The notes: generated from the letters alone by a model not told the origin. A stretch of 35,759 bases of DNA from Cyanobacteria bacterium auto_48_18 (GCA_036170915.1 JAVHQC010000003.1:1-35759); one strand, 5' to 3'. Positions 9,077-19,100 are shown, numbered from the stretch's first letter. Translations and numbers: made by a program.

Positions 9077-9874
9077 TTACTTGGTGCCGGCTTCAGCTGA
9101 TGCTTTTTTCTCTTTATCATCAGCTGCCGCTTTAAGGCGTTTGACTTTCAAAACATCAATCCATGGTTCGTCAAGTGGAATGGCAAACACTTTGCCTGTG
9201 ATCTCAAGCTGATCGCCATCTTTCAATTCACTCAAAAGTTTGGCCTGGGGAGATTTGTCATCTTCTTTAGGAATCGGCATGGCCAACTTCATTTCAGAGA
9301 GAGGAACTTTGCTGTTATTGCGCATCACTAGAAAAGACAAATATGTTTTGGCCGGGCGCAAGGCCGGTTTGTAGTCAAGGGCGATTGAGCTGTAAGAGTG
9401 GAAATTGGAGATAAAACGGACGTTTTTATTGAGATATTCACTGGCATGATCAACCAGTGTTTCGGCGGGCACGTTGATTACATTTTCAATAACCACTTCA
9501 GGTACCGGTTTGGTCTCTTTTTTGTCTGTAGTCTTAGCTAAATCTTTTTTGTCGGTGGTGGATGCAGCGTCACCTTTAGCCGGCTCTTTTTTGTCAGCTG
9601 GCGCTTTGGAATCTTTAGCCTTGTCCGCGGCCTTGTCTGGAGCCTTGCCCGGGGCCTTGTCTGGTGCTTTTTCAGCAGGCTTGTCAACTGCTTTGACGGT
9701 TTTTTGCTGACCGTCGACATGAGCGTCTGTGGCCATTTTGGCGCTGGGGCTGGCTGGAGCGGCGGAGGCCTGGTCGGCCGCCAGAGTTAAACTCAGTGCC
9801 AGAATGCAGCTCAGAGCAGCAATAATCTGGGGCTGGCGTTCGCGCTTGCGCATGTTAATTACCGTCGTATACAT
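9077..9874 (-). CDS. Exported hypothetical protein with Lys/Ala/Pro/Asp-rich linker and a probable OB-fold-like C-terminal domain
   Basis: Signal-like IIAALSCILALSLTLAADQASA; KAPDKAPGKAPDKAADK repeats; YLNKNVRF...LKDGDQLEITGKVF...WIDV resembles extracytoplasmic OB folds (inference). Confidence 0.6.
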   Translation of the reverse strand: MYTTVINMRKRERQPQIIAALSCILALSLTLAADQASAAPASPSAKMATDAHVDGQQKTVKAVDKPAEKAPDKAPGKAPDKAADKAKDSKAPADKKEPAKGDAASTTDKKDLAKTTDKKETKPVPEVVIENVINVPAETLVDHASEYLNKNVRFISNFHSYSSIALDYKPALRPAKTYLSFLVMRNNSKVPLSEMKLAMPIPKEDDKSPQAKLLSELKDGDQLEITGKVFAIPLDEPWIDVLKVKRLKAAADDKEKKASAEAGTK

Positions 9875-9947
9875 AGGGATATAGCTATTTAGTTAGCCAT
9901 ATTACCAGAAGCTTAATAACTTAGCCGCGCTTCAACGGTAATATTGG

Positions 9948-12686
9948 TTGCTGACGCAAAGTCAATTGACGAGGGTGCTGAAACAAGTGACCGCCAGTCT
10001 AGAAAGTGAAAAGGCCCCAGATTCTTCAAAAGATTCTGCGCAAGATTCTGTCAAGGAGTCGCCGCAAGAGCTGAAAGAACCTTTGAAAGAAGCTTTGAAA
10101 GAACCAAAGGAAGCCGCCAAGAGTACTGGCATGATGCGCCAGTACTGGGACATCAAATCTCAGTATCCCGACGCTTTGCTTTTCTTTAGAGTGGGCGATT
10201 TCTATGAAACATTTGACAGTGACGCTCAAGTAGCCGCCCGTGAGCTTGACATCACTTTGACTGGTCGACCTGAGTCAAGCCATCCTGCCGGTCGCGTGCC
10301 AATGGCCGGAGTGCCGGTGCGTTCGTACGAACTTTACGTCAGCAAACTTCTGGCCAAAGGGTATTCAGTAGCGGTTTGCGAACAAGTTGGTGAAGTGGGG
10401 GCCTCTAAAGGCCCCGTAGAGCGTCAAGTGCGTCGCGTGCTGACACCAGGTACGGTGCTGGAATCACATCTGCTTCCGGCTCGCGACAACAATTATCTTG
10501 CTGCCATAGTTAAAGCCGGCCGCTCCTCAGCCGCCGGCGAAGAGCTCTGGGGGCTCGGTTACGTGGACGCTTCTTGCGGCGAATTTTTTGTCACTCAATT
10601 GACGGAAGAAAATCTAATTTTAGAACTCGGTCGTTTGCGGCCGGCCGAAATTATTGCCCCCTTGCGTCTTGTAAAGCCGGGTGTAGACGAAGTTGTTGCT
10701 CGCGAAGTACTTGAGGTACCGGAACTTATTGCCGGACAATATCGCTTTAGCGGCCGACCAGCAATGTTTTTCCAGACGGAGCCAGCGCAGAGAAGAATTT
10801 TGCAAAGCTTTGAAGTAAGCACTCTAGAAGGATTTGGCTGTCAGGAAATGCCACTGGCCATCGGTGCTGCTGGTGCAATTCTTGAATATTTGGATCGCAC
10901 GCAGGGTGGGCAGAAGCCATACTTTGCCGGCATTTCTACCTATGCTGTAGACGGTTATCTGGTGCTTGACGCCAATACCCGCAAAAATCTGGAGCTGACC
11001 GAAACGTCGAGAGATCGTAGTTTTAATGGCTCACTGTTGTGGGCCATTGATCAAACGCAAACTGCCATGGGCAGTCGCATGTTGCGCAAATGGCTGCTCA
11101 AGCCACTGCTATCGGTAGACGGCATTCGCGCCCGGCAAGAAGCAATTAAAGAACTGCTTTTGCCCATGACCAGACGTGACTTGATTGAAGCGGTTATTGG
11201 TCGTCTTTCTGATCTGGAAAGATTGGCAGTGCGGATGTCGTCGCAATCTATTAATCCTAAAGAGCTGGCTGCCGTGGCCGCTTCTCTTGAAGTATTGCCC
11301 GAGCTTTTCGCACTATTGCAGACTGCCTCAAGCCCATATTTGACCGCACTTAAAACCACTCCTCATGCTCTGGTGGAATTGTGCGATAAGCTACGCGGTG
11401 CCCTTTGCCCGGAGCCGCCACGGGAACTCACTGATGGTGGCATTTTTGCTCAAGGTTTCAGCGCTGAGTTAGACGAAATTCGCTCGCTGCTCGGCGGCGG
11501 CAAACAATGGATTGAAGATTTTCAACGCAAAGAACAAGATCGCACGGGCATCAAAAGTCTCAAGGTCAGTTTCAATCGTAATTTCGGTTATTTCATTGAA
11601 ATCACCAATGCCAATCAGGGGGCCGTTCCTTCTGATTATATTCGCAAGCAAACACTGACTAACGCTGAGCGCTACATTACTCCAGATTTAAAGGAGTATG
11701 AGGCGAAAATTCTCAACGCTGAAAAAAATCAGTCTGATGTGGAGCACAAACTATTTGTGGAGTTACGCCAGTCTGTTGCCGCCACTGGTACCGAACTGCA
11801 TAAAATGGCTAATCAATTGGCCAATCTTGACGCCCTGCTCTCACTGGCCAAAGTGGCGCAAGAGCGCAAATTTGTTTGCCCCTTTGTAGATGACGGTAAA
11901 AATCTGTTGATCAAACAAGGGCGTCATCCGGTTTTAGAAAAAATTCTGCCCATGGGCAAATATGTCTCTAATGATGTGCGTTTGTGCGGCGAGAGCGAAG
12001 AAAATCAACTAGTGATTCTCACCGGCCCAAACATGGCTGGTAAATCAAGTTATTTGAGACAGGTAGCTTTAATTGTTATTCTGGCGCAAATGGGTTCTTT
12101 CGTTCCTGCTAAAGAGGCGCATGTCGGCCTGGTAGACAGAGTGTTTACGCGTATTGGAGCGGTGGACGATTTGACCCAAGGTCAGTCTACTTTCTTAGTA
12201 GAAATGTCTGAGACTACCCAATGTTGTTTGTCTGCCACCAGCAGGTCTTTGATTTTATTAGATGAAGTTGGTCGCGGCACCAGTACTTATGATGGCGTGT
12301 CGATTGCCTGGTCAGTGGCTGAATATCTTGCTCGCGAAGTGCGCGCGCGCACAATTTTTGCCACTCACTATCACGAGCTCAACGGCCTGGCCAACTTCTT
12401 TCCGCAAATTGCAAATTATCAGGTGTTGGTTAAAGAACAAGACGGCAAAGTCGAATTTATTCGCTCGGTGGTGCCAGGTGGAGCCAGTCGCAGCTTTGGT
12501 GTGCAAGTGGCGCGCATGGCCGGTCTACCCATGCAGATTATTGACCGCGCTCTATATTTGATTAATCAGATGGAGAAGAAAGGTGTGGCCGCCAAAATTT
12601 TGGACGGGCCGCGTCTGCGAAATATTCCTATGGATGAAGTGATGCAGCTTTCTATTTTTGAAGCATCAAAAAATACAGTAAAGTAA
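9948..12686 (+). CDS. mutS: DNA mismatch repair protein MutS (true start may be the GTG at 9975 or 9987)
   Basis: MMRQY...LLFFRVGDFYETF, PMAGVP, TPGT, GRHPVLE, TGPNMAGKSSYLRQ (Walker A), STFLVEM, DEVGRGTSTYDG, FATHYHEL, SFGVQVARMAGLP. Confidence 0.98.
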   Translation: MLTQSQLTRVLKQVTASLESEKAPDSSKDSAQDSVKESPQELKEPLKEALKEPKEAAKSTGMMRQYWDIKSQYPDALLFFRVGDFYETFDSDAQVAARELDITLTGRPESSHPAGRVPMAGVPVRSYELYVSKLLAKGYSVAVCEQVGEVGASKGPVERQVRRVLTPGTVLESHLLPARDNNYLAAIVKAGRSSAAGEELWGLGYVDASCGEFFVTQLTEENLILELGRLRPAEIIAPLRLVKPGVDEVVAREVLEVPELIAGQYRFSGRPAMFFQTEPAQRRILQSFEVSTLEGFGCQEMPLAIGAAGAILEYLDRTQGGQKPYFAGISTYAVDGYLVLDANTRKNLELTETSRDRSFNGSLLWAIDQTQTAMGSRMLRKWLLKPLLSVDGIRARQEAIKELLLPMTRRDLIEAVIGRLSDLERLAVRMSSQSINPKELAAVAASLEVLPELFALLQTASSPYLTALKTTPHALVELCDKLRGALCPEPPRELTDGGIFAQGFSAELDEIRSLLGGGKQWIEDFQRKEQDRTGIKSLKVSFNRNFGYFIEITNANQGAVPSDYIRKQTLTNAERYITPDLKEYEAKILNAEKNQSDVEHKLFVELRQSVAATGTELHKMANQLANLDALLSLAKVAQERKFVCPFVDDGKNLLIKQGRHPVLEKILPMGKYVSNDVRLCGESEENQLVILTGPNMAGKSSYLRQVALIVILAQMGSFVPAKEAHVGLVDRVFTRIGAVDDLTQGQSTFLVEMSETTQCCLSATSRSLILLDEVGRGTSTYDGVSIAWSVAEYLAREVRARTIFATHYHELNGLANFFPQIANYQVLVKEQDGKVEFIRSVVPGGASRSFGVQVARMAGLPMQIIDRALYLINQMEKKGVAAKILDGPRLRNIPMDEVMQLSIFEASKNTVK

Positions 12687-12721
12687 AAACTGAAATTATA
12701 ATTAGGGCAGAGAACGATTAA

Positions 12722-15304
12722 ATGAGAGAGAAAGCAAAAGTGAATTATCGCGATCAAAGAAAGAAAATTGCCGGTATCACCCGTAGTGCAATTTTATTGG
12801 CTGCTTCACTAAATTTGTCGCTGCTAAGTTCGACAAGCGCGGCATTTTCCGCCTCTCGCGATATTGTCATCGATAATCGCCGCCCCACAACTGTGATTGA
12901 CACTACAACACCGAATGCAACAACGACTACAACAACAAATACAACAACAAATACCACAAACAGTCGAACTGCCGGCGTAAAAAAAGCTGCTGCTTTTGAG
13001 CTCGTCGCCAATCAATCTTTAGATGAGAACAGTTTGCATTTGATCAACACCGGCGACTGGAAAGGCCTGATCGATAAACTCAATAAGTTGCTCGGCACCG
13101 ATAAAAGTAAAGGTGCTGAAGCTGATTTGAGGCGTTCTTATCGCCAGGGCTGGCTGGCATTTGCTTACATGTTCAACGCCAAACCTGAGCAGTCGCAAGC
13201 CTTAAGCGATCAAGTAGACCGGGAGCGTACCGCACTGGCTGACATTAAAAATGACACTGAGCGCAGGCTTTACGGCAACGCTTTAGTTGTGCGGGCTTTC
13301 AATCAACTGGCCCAGGGCAAAAATGATGCAGCTGAAGCCAGTTTGCTTTCTGTGCCTGATATTAATCGCAACGACGCTCTTTATAATTTCGCCTTTGCCG
13401 CCGTCTGCGGCAAAAAGGGTCAAGCGGCTCGGGCCATTGATTTTTCCATCAAAACTACTGAAGCTGATCCTCGATTAGCCTGGGCATATCGCACCATTGG
13501 TTTTCTGCGCTTGCGCTGGCTTAAAGACAACGCTGGTGCTGAGCAAGCCTTGCTTAAAGCCTTAGAAATCGAGCCGCAATCATCTGAAGCGCGCGATATG
13601 CTGATTGATATTAAATTGAGTCGCAATGATTTTGATGGTGCCATTGATGTGGCCCGAGCCGGAATTTTAATTGACCCTAAAAATGGTGCCAGTCATTTTC
13701 GCCTGGGACAAATTTATATTCAGCAGTGGAGGCTGACAGAAGCGCTCGAACAGCTTAACTTAGCCATTGCCGATGATGCCAGCAGTGCTAAATATTTCCG
13801 CAATCGTGCTTCGGTGAAAAAATTGCGTGGTGATATTGAATCAGCCATTGCAGACCAGCAAGTAGCGGTGCAACTTGGCAAAGACAAAGCTTTTGAACTG
13901 ACCGAGCTGGCTAATATGAATGTACTGGCCGGCAACATGAATAAAGCGGTAGACAATTTTAAGCAAGCTCTGGCTGTAGATCCTGAAAATCAGGCGGCCC
14001 GCGAAAGACTGTTTAAAATTCTGCTGCAAGAAAAGCGCTATGACGATGTTTCGCAACAGTATCAAGAGCAAATCGCCAGAGATCCTAAAAGAGCTGATCT
14101 TCACCTCGGCTACGCCAATGTTCTGCTTATGCTCAATCAATCTGACAAAGCAATTGCAGAATTTAAGGAAGCGGCCAATCTCAATCAGAGTGACCCTACC
14201 GCCCACCGCTCTCTTGGTGCCTATTACATCACGCGCAAAGAATACAGTCTGGCGGCTAAAGAATATACGCGCGCACTTAATATCATGCCTTCCTCAGTGA
14301 AAGACCTGGTGGCAGTTGGTTTTTGTTATGCCGAAAATGACGAGTATATGAAAGCGGAAGCTGCTTTTGTCACAGCTCTGGCTTTACAACAACTGGCACC
14401 CAATAGCTCGCCGGACGAACCCAGCCGTCTTGACGTAATGCGCTCACTGGCTTGTTTACTTTACGATGAAGGTCGTTACGCCGACGCCGCTGCGCAGTTT
14501 GAAAATCTGGTCACTATCTACCGTGATAAAGGCGCCAGTAAAGACGACCAGTTGCTTTTAGCCAAAAGTAAAATGATGAGAGATTTGAGCGCGGCTTCTA
14601 CTAAAGTGCTGACTAATGCACTGGAAGAACTGCCTGACGAGCGCCGTAGTGCTTTTCGCTATGGCGTTATTGAAGCTATGCTTGATGCCGGAAAAACCCC
14701 AGAGGCCCGTGCCCTGCTAGATAAAATTCCGGCAGAAGAACGTCAAGATAATTTGTCATACGCCCTTTATAACGGCACTGCACTGCGTCTTTCTGGAGAC
14801 CTCAAAGGCGCCCTCGATGCGGTATCGCAGGCGGTGCCCTTAGCTGAGGCCAACAAGGTAGATAGTCCAGCTGTGGCATCTCGTTTGCTTTGTGAAAAGG
14901 CTCGCATTGAGCTCGCTCAGGGCAACCTTGAAGCTGCTACCGCTTCAGCCAATGCTGCTCTGGCATTGTATGAACAGTGCTACCCTGCTTACCTTTGTCT
15001 GGCTCAAATTGCCTTGGCCAAAGGTGACAATACTGCTGCTCTAGAAGCTTCCCATAAAGCGCTTATACTCAATCCATATTATTCGCCGGCTTACCTGGCT
15101 CAAGGTGCGGCTCAGCAGAAAACCGGGGCCTTGAAACCGGCTCTAGAGAGTTACAAGAAAGCCACCGAACTTTATCCGGGTTGGATAGAAGCGCATAAAG
15201 CTTTGCTCAGTGGTTACGAGAAGCTGGCATTGACTCAAGAAGCAGAAAAAGAAGCCGCACAAATTGCTCAGATGGAAGGTCTGTTGCGCACCGGCCGCCC
15301 TTAA
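12722..15304 (+). CDS. Large exported tetratricopeptide-repeat protein
   Basis: Signal-like N-terminus, Thr-rich linker (TTTTTTTNTTTNTT), many 34-aa TPRs (AVDNFKQALAVDPEN, AIAEFKEAANLNQSD, ALESYKKATELYPGW). Confidence 0.88.
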   Translation: MREKAKVNYRDQRKKIAGITRSAILLAASLNLSLLSSTSAAFSASRDIVIDNRRPTTVIDTTTPNATTTTTTNTTTNTTNSRTAGVKKAAAFELVANQSLDENSLHLINTGDWKGLIDKLNKLLGTDKSKGAEADLRRSYRQGWLAFAYMFNAKPEQSQALSDQVDRERTALADIKNDTERRLYGNALVVRAFNQLAQGKNDAAEASLLSVPDINRNDALYNFAFAAVCGKKGQAARAIDFSIKTTEADPRLAWAYRTIGFLRLRWLKDNAGAEQALLKALEIEPQSSEARDMLIDIKLSRNDFDGAIDVARAGILIDPKNGASHFRLGQIYIQQWRLTEALEQLNLAIADDASSAKYFRNRASVKKLRGDIESAIADQQVAVQLGKDKAFELTELANMNVLAGNMNKAVDNFKQALAVDPENQAARERLFKILLQEKRYDDVSQQYQEQIARDPKRADLHLGYANVLLMLNQSDKAIAEFKEAANLNQSDPTAHRSLGAYYITRKEYSLAAKEYTRALNIMPSSVKDLVAVGFCYAENDEYMKAEAAFVTALALQQLAPNSSPDEPSRLDVMRSLACLLYDEGRYADAAAQFENLVTIYRDKGASKDDQLLLAKSKMMRDLSAASTKVLTNALEELPDERRSAFRYGVIEAMLDAGKTPEARALLDKIPAEERQDNLSYALYNGTALRLSGDLKGALDAVSQAVPLAEANKVDSPAVASRLLCEKARIELAQGNLEAATASANAALALYEQCYPAYLCLAQIALAKGDNTAALEASHKALILNPYYSPAYLAQGAAQQKTGALKPALESYKKATELYPGWIEAHKALLSGYEKLALTQEAEKEAAQIAQMEGLLRTGRP

Positions 15305-15311
15305 TATTCCC

Positions 15312-15341
15312 TTGACAAGCCTTGGGCTGAGCAGGTAAGTT
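15312..15341 (+). promoter_or_regulatory. Possible sigma70-type promoter for the 15439 gene and yaeQ
   Basis: TTGACA at 15312-15317, 18-nt spacer, TAAGTT at 15336-15341. Confidence 0.35.
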
Positions 15342-15438
15342 AGGAAAAGAGCTTCTCTTTCCTACGGTTTCTGTTGGCGCACATTGGCCTGTGCGGTTTC
15401 GCTGTTCTTAATGCTAACGGCATGAGGCGAGGAAAGTT

Positions 15439-18081
15439 TTGCATCCTCTTAAGTTAAAAGATAACACGCCGATTTTCGAGCGTGAGTCATTCGCCAGCCA
15501 GCATTGGCCGCTGGCCTGGATTGCTTTATTGCTTGCGCTGATGGTCTGGTTAGGCAGCGTTTTGCTTGGTTCAGTCAATGACACACTTGGCACAGCGATT
15601 AAGAACCAGTCCAATCAAGTAATGGTTGCTTTTTCTAAAGAGTATGATTCTTCTACTGCCACGCTGCCTCGCGGTGAGCTTTCACTATTGCAAAGGCATA
15701 ATGTTCGCTCTGCCAGAGATCATGGCACTCAGCTGGATGCCTGGCGCGATACTTTTCGCGTGCTCAGTGTGGACCTTTCGAATGTTGGTCGTTTAACTAA
15801 ATCTCCGCAGGAAAGGCAATACGTAGAGTGGCAGTTACACCGGCAAACTGCTTTCGCCGCCCTGCGCGCCGAGAATTTAGCCCGGGCGAGGAGCGAATTT
15901 GAAATCTGCCTGTCATTAGCTAATGCGCTTGGTCGGGAAGAACCAATGGTGGTGCAAAGCCAACTTGATTTAGCCTGGATCAATCTGCGCACTCTGCTCG
16001 AATACGAACATCGTGCCAGCGTGCTACAAGCAATTTTATTGCCCTGCTTTTCACTGGTGGCGGCCTTTTTACCTTTTCTCTTAATAGTCAGATTTTTGCG
16101 TCGTCGTCGTGTTAGTGGTCAATTTAACGAGAGCGTAGAAGAGAATTTTTCTGAAATTCTCTGGGTGAAATTGCTTACAGCTGCCAGTTGGTGCATGGCT
16201 ATTGCTGGCGCCTGGGTAGCAGTGCGCAATTATGCATTTGGTGTTGATGATGTCGTTCTCAGTGGTGCCGTCAATGCCACCATTTTTTCTCTGGTGGCAA
16301 TGGCACTGGGCCTCTGTCTGCTTTTGCGTTATATGCCACCAACTCGTAATCTGACTATGCGTGCCATGATTATTCAATGCGGATTCGGCGGTCTGCTTCT
16401 CAGTCTTAAAGCTGCCGGAATTTATATGGCACTCTGCCTGGCTCTGGCGAGCCATCCTGGCGTCAACCAGTTTTTATTCTTAAGCAACACTCGCGAGTCT
16501 TTGCGCAAAGAAATGCATCTACTGGTGCAAGCTGCTGAACGTAATAATCGTGCCATTCCAAACATCTATAACCGTGTATTTAAAGCTCAAATCTATAATT
16601 TAAAGCTTTTATCGCAGCGTGAAGCTTTAGATACTTATGTTAAAGACTTACCCGAGAAAATGACACTATTTCCCCGGGTGGCAGCCCTGACAAAGTTGAA
16701 GAAGGATGCTGCAATCAAGTTTGAAAGAGCGCTTACACTGCGCTTCACGAGCCGAAATATTGCCAACAACATTATGGACGGTGCTGTACCTAACGAAATG
16801 TTTGCAGGCGATATTGCCAAAGTCAAAAGAGTAGATAATCGAACAGCGCTGCTCTGGCTAATTTTTGAGCTTTGTTGTCTGTTTACAGCTATCGTTTATC
16901 CAGAAGCTCTGGCTTATCTTTTCTCGCTGGCCAGAAAACCAGATTCGGCTTTCAGGTGGTTTGAAAGAGCGATCAGAATTAAAACTTATATACTGGGCGA
17001 AAACCACTGGCACATCGCTTCTATGCGCATGACTTTCGGCAGAGTGCTCACTGCTGATTATCATAAACAGAGCCTTGACAAAGAAGGTGAGTTGCAAATG
17101 AAAGAGGCCATAGCCATCTATGAAATTTCTTGCGGGCGTCACGCTGAAGAAACGCTGGCGGCCAAATTGATTTTGGCCAACTACTATCAAAAGCGCGGCA
17201 ACAGTATCGAGGCAGAAAAAATACTATTGGAAGCCAGGCAAGACGCTGGTTCAAATCTTGATCTGGTGCCTTATTGCCGCTTGCTTAGCCAATTAGGAGC
17301 AATCTATTTAGCTGAGCAGAATTTGGCCAGGGCTAAATCTATCTATCGCGAACAAATTGATTTGCTCACTAAGGCGCTGGCTGCTTCTCCTCCGCAGCAT
17401 GGCTTCTGGGCAATGTTCCGCTCAACTTATTTGTCGCAGTCAAGCTGGCAGATTGAGGTGGCATTGACCTTAGCGCAATTGGGGCTGGCCGAAGTATATG
17501 AAAGAATGCGTTATGAAGGTGAAGTTGAACGTCTGATTGCTGATGCCATTGCGTTAGTAAAGCCCTACGAGATGTTTTTAGGCTATTACGAAGAATTGAC
17601 CAGTGCTTATGTCAAAGCGCATGCGGCCCAGGCTAATTTGTTTATGCGCCAGGGCAGAATTGATCAGGCTTTGAAAAGCGCAAGCGATTGTCTGAGTAAG
17701 TTAGAGAAAACCAATTACATCTCACGTCCTTTTGGCGTGGAGCTACTCGAATTGACAAATCGTCTGCGTCTTCAAAAAATGGCCAATTGCAGCAGCATGG
17801 AAAAGAAAGCCGAGCAGCGTTTGGCCAGACAAACTTTTGACCTCTTGCTTGCAGCTAAATATTCTAATTCTATGTTTATGTCGAGTGAGTGCAGCAGCGA
17901 AAGGAAAAAATTCGAAGAACAGCTAGCTTTACTCTGCCCACAGAATTTGACAGGTTCTGAGGCTGCGGTTAGTAGCATTCAAACTTTTGAAAGTTCGTGG
18001 GATCAAAGCAGTGATCATGGTTTCTCAATCAAGTATGATCACAGGGTTGAAGAGGCAATTCCCATTCGCGTTCGTAAATGA
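15439..18081 (+). CDS. Multi-pass membrane protein with TPR-like helical repeats
   Basis: About 6 hydrophobic segments in the N-terminal 500 aa; TPR-like motifs (ILGENHWHIASMRMTFG, LGAIYLAEQNLARAKSIY, QANLFMRQGRIDQAL); TTG start after GAGG/AGGA. Confidence 0.7.
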   Translation: MHPLKLKDNTPIFERESFASQHWPLAWIALLLALMVWLGSVLLGSVNDTLGTAIKNQSNQVMVAFSKEYDSSTATLPRGELSLLQRHNVRSARDHGTQLDAWRDTFRVLSVDLSNVGRLTKSPQERQYVEWQLHRQTAFAALRAENLARARSEFEICLSLANALGREEPMVVQSQLDLAWINLRTLLEYEHRASVLQAILLPCFSLVAAFLPFLLIVRFLRRRRVSGQFNESVEENFSEILWVKLLTAASWCMAIAGAWVAVRNYAFGVDDVVLSGAVNATIFSLVAMALGLCLLLRYMPPTRNLTMRAMIIQCGFGGLLLSLKAAGIYMALCLALASHPGVNQFLFLSNTRESLRKEMHLLVQAAERNNRAIPNIYNRVFKAQIYNLKLLSQREALDTYVKDLPEKMTLFPRVAALTKLKKDAAIKFERALTLRFTSRNIANNIMDGAVPNEMFAGDIAKVKRVDNRTALLWLIFELCCLFTAIVYPEALAYLFSLARKPDSAFRWFERAIRIKTYILGENHWHIASMRMTFGRVLTADYHKQSLDKEGELQMKEAIAIYEISCGRHAEETLAAKLILANYYQKRGNSIEAEKILLEARQDAGSNLDLVPYCRLLSQLGAIYLAEQNLARAKSIYREQIDLLTKALAASPPQHGFWAMFRSTYLSQSSWQIEVALTLAQLGLAEVYERMRYEGEVERLIADAIALVKPYEMFLGYYEELTSAYVKAHAAQANLFMRQGRIDQALKSASDCLSKLEKTNYISRPFGVELLELTNRLRLQKMANCSSMEKKAEQRLARQTFDLLLAAKYSNSMFMSSECSSERKKFEEQLALLCPQNLTGSEAAVSSIQTFESSWDQSSDHGFSIKYDHRVEEAIPIRVRK

Positions 18082-18623
18082 AATATTCGTTTAACATTCA
18101 AGCTGGCGACGGCAAACAAGAAATAACTGAAAAACTTGTAGTTGGTGCTTTCAATAATGAGTCGGGCGATCACATTGCTCTTAAATTGCTTGCTTATTTG
18201 ATGTTTTTCAAAAAGCGTCCACGCATTGATGAAGATGCGGGCTGGCATTTTGTGCCTGACCTGGTAGCGCGCGATGACGGCGGCAATATAATTTTGTGGA
18301 TCGACTGCGGCAGCGTTTCCGCTAAAAAAGCTGACACTATCGCTACTAAAGTGCGAGACAGTATCGACTTTTATGTTTTTCGCAAAACAGAAAGAGAGAT
18401 GGATCAGTTTTATAAACAGATTCAAGACAAAGTGAAGCATCTGCAAAACGTCAATTGCATTAGCTTTGATGATGGCTTTATTGAAGGGATTGGTGGAAGT
18501 CTCGATCGCACTAATAATCTGGAAGCCTACTTAAGTGATGAAATGGTCACTGTTACCATCAACAATACTTTCGGCAAGCATGAAGCTTATTCTACGATTC
18601 ACCGCATCGTCGGCGAGCGCTGA
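18078..18623 (+). CDS. yaeQ: YaeQ family protein
   Basis: NESGDHIALKLLAYL, PDLVARDDGGNIILWIDCG, KKADT match the YaeQ pattern; ATGA overlap with the upstream gene. Confidence 0.78.
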   Translation: MKYSFNIQAGDGKQEITEKLVVGAFNNESGDHIALKLLAYLMFFKKRPRIDEDAGWHFVPDLVARDDGGNIILWIDCGSVSAKKADTIATKVRDSIDFYVFRKTEREMDQFYKQIQDKVKHLQNVNCISFDDGFIEGIGGSLDRTNNLEAYLSDEMVTVTINNTFGKHEAYSTIHRIVGER

Positions 18624-18645
18624 GTTGCAGGTGGGCAGGTGGGGC

Positions 18646-19044
18646 CTAAAGCTTGTGCGACGCCGCTGCTAGTTTAGCGCCTGCTCTGGCTTTCTTGCGT
18701 TCTTTTTGTTCGGCTCTGCTATGACAATCAATAATTTCATCGCTATGTTCTTGTGCCCACTGCTCGAGGCTATTTAAAACGGGCACGAGGGTCTGACCCA
18801 GGGGAGTAAGTGAATATTCAACACGCGGCGGTACTTCGGCATAGATTTTGCGGGCTACCAAACCGTCATCTTCAAGCTCGCGCAATTGACTGGTTAATAC
18901 TTTTTGGCTGACACCTTGTAAGGAGCGCATTAGTTCGTTAAAGCGCATGGTACCAGGACGCAATTGGCAGACAATTAATACTTTCCATTTATTAGAAATC
19001 ATGGCCATTGTGGTCATAATTCGGCATTCAAATTTGCTTACCAT
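18646..19044 (-). CDS. HxlR (MarR/DUF24) family winged-helix transcriptional regulator
   Basis: N-terminal Cys, ISNKWKVLI, MRFNEL, VSQKVLTSQLRELEDDGLVARKIYAEVPPRVEYSLT, LEQWA. Confidence 0.95.
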   Translation of the reverse strand: MVSKFECRIMTTMAMISNKWKVLIVCQLRPGTMRFNELMRSLQGVSQKVLTSQLRELEDDGLVARKIYAEVPPRVEYSLTPLGQTLVPVLNSLEQWAQEHSDEIIDCHSRAEQKERKKARAGAKLAAASHKL

Positions 19045-19078
19045 CTGGCTCTAATCTCCGCACTGGTTTGATAATCTG

Positions 19079-19100
19079 ATAGTTTCCAAAAAGATACTAT
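19079..19100. promoter_or_regulatory. Inverted-repeat operator, candidate HxlR-family binding site
   Basis: ATAGTTTC-CAAAAA-GATACTAT (7 of 8 arm positions complementary), about 35 nt upstream of the HxlR start in the divergent intergenic region. Confidence 0.6.
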
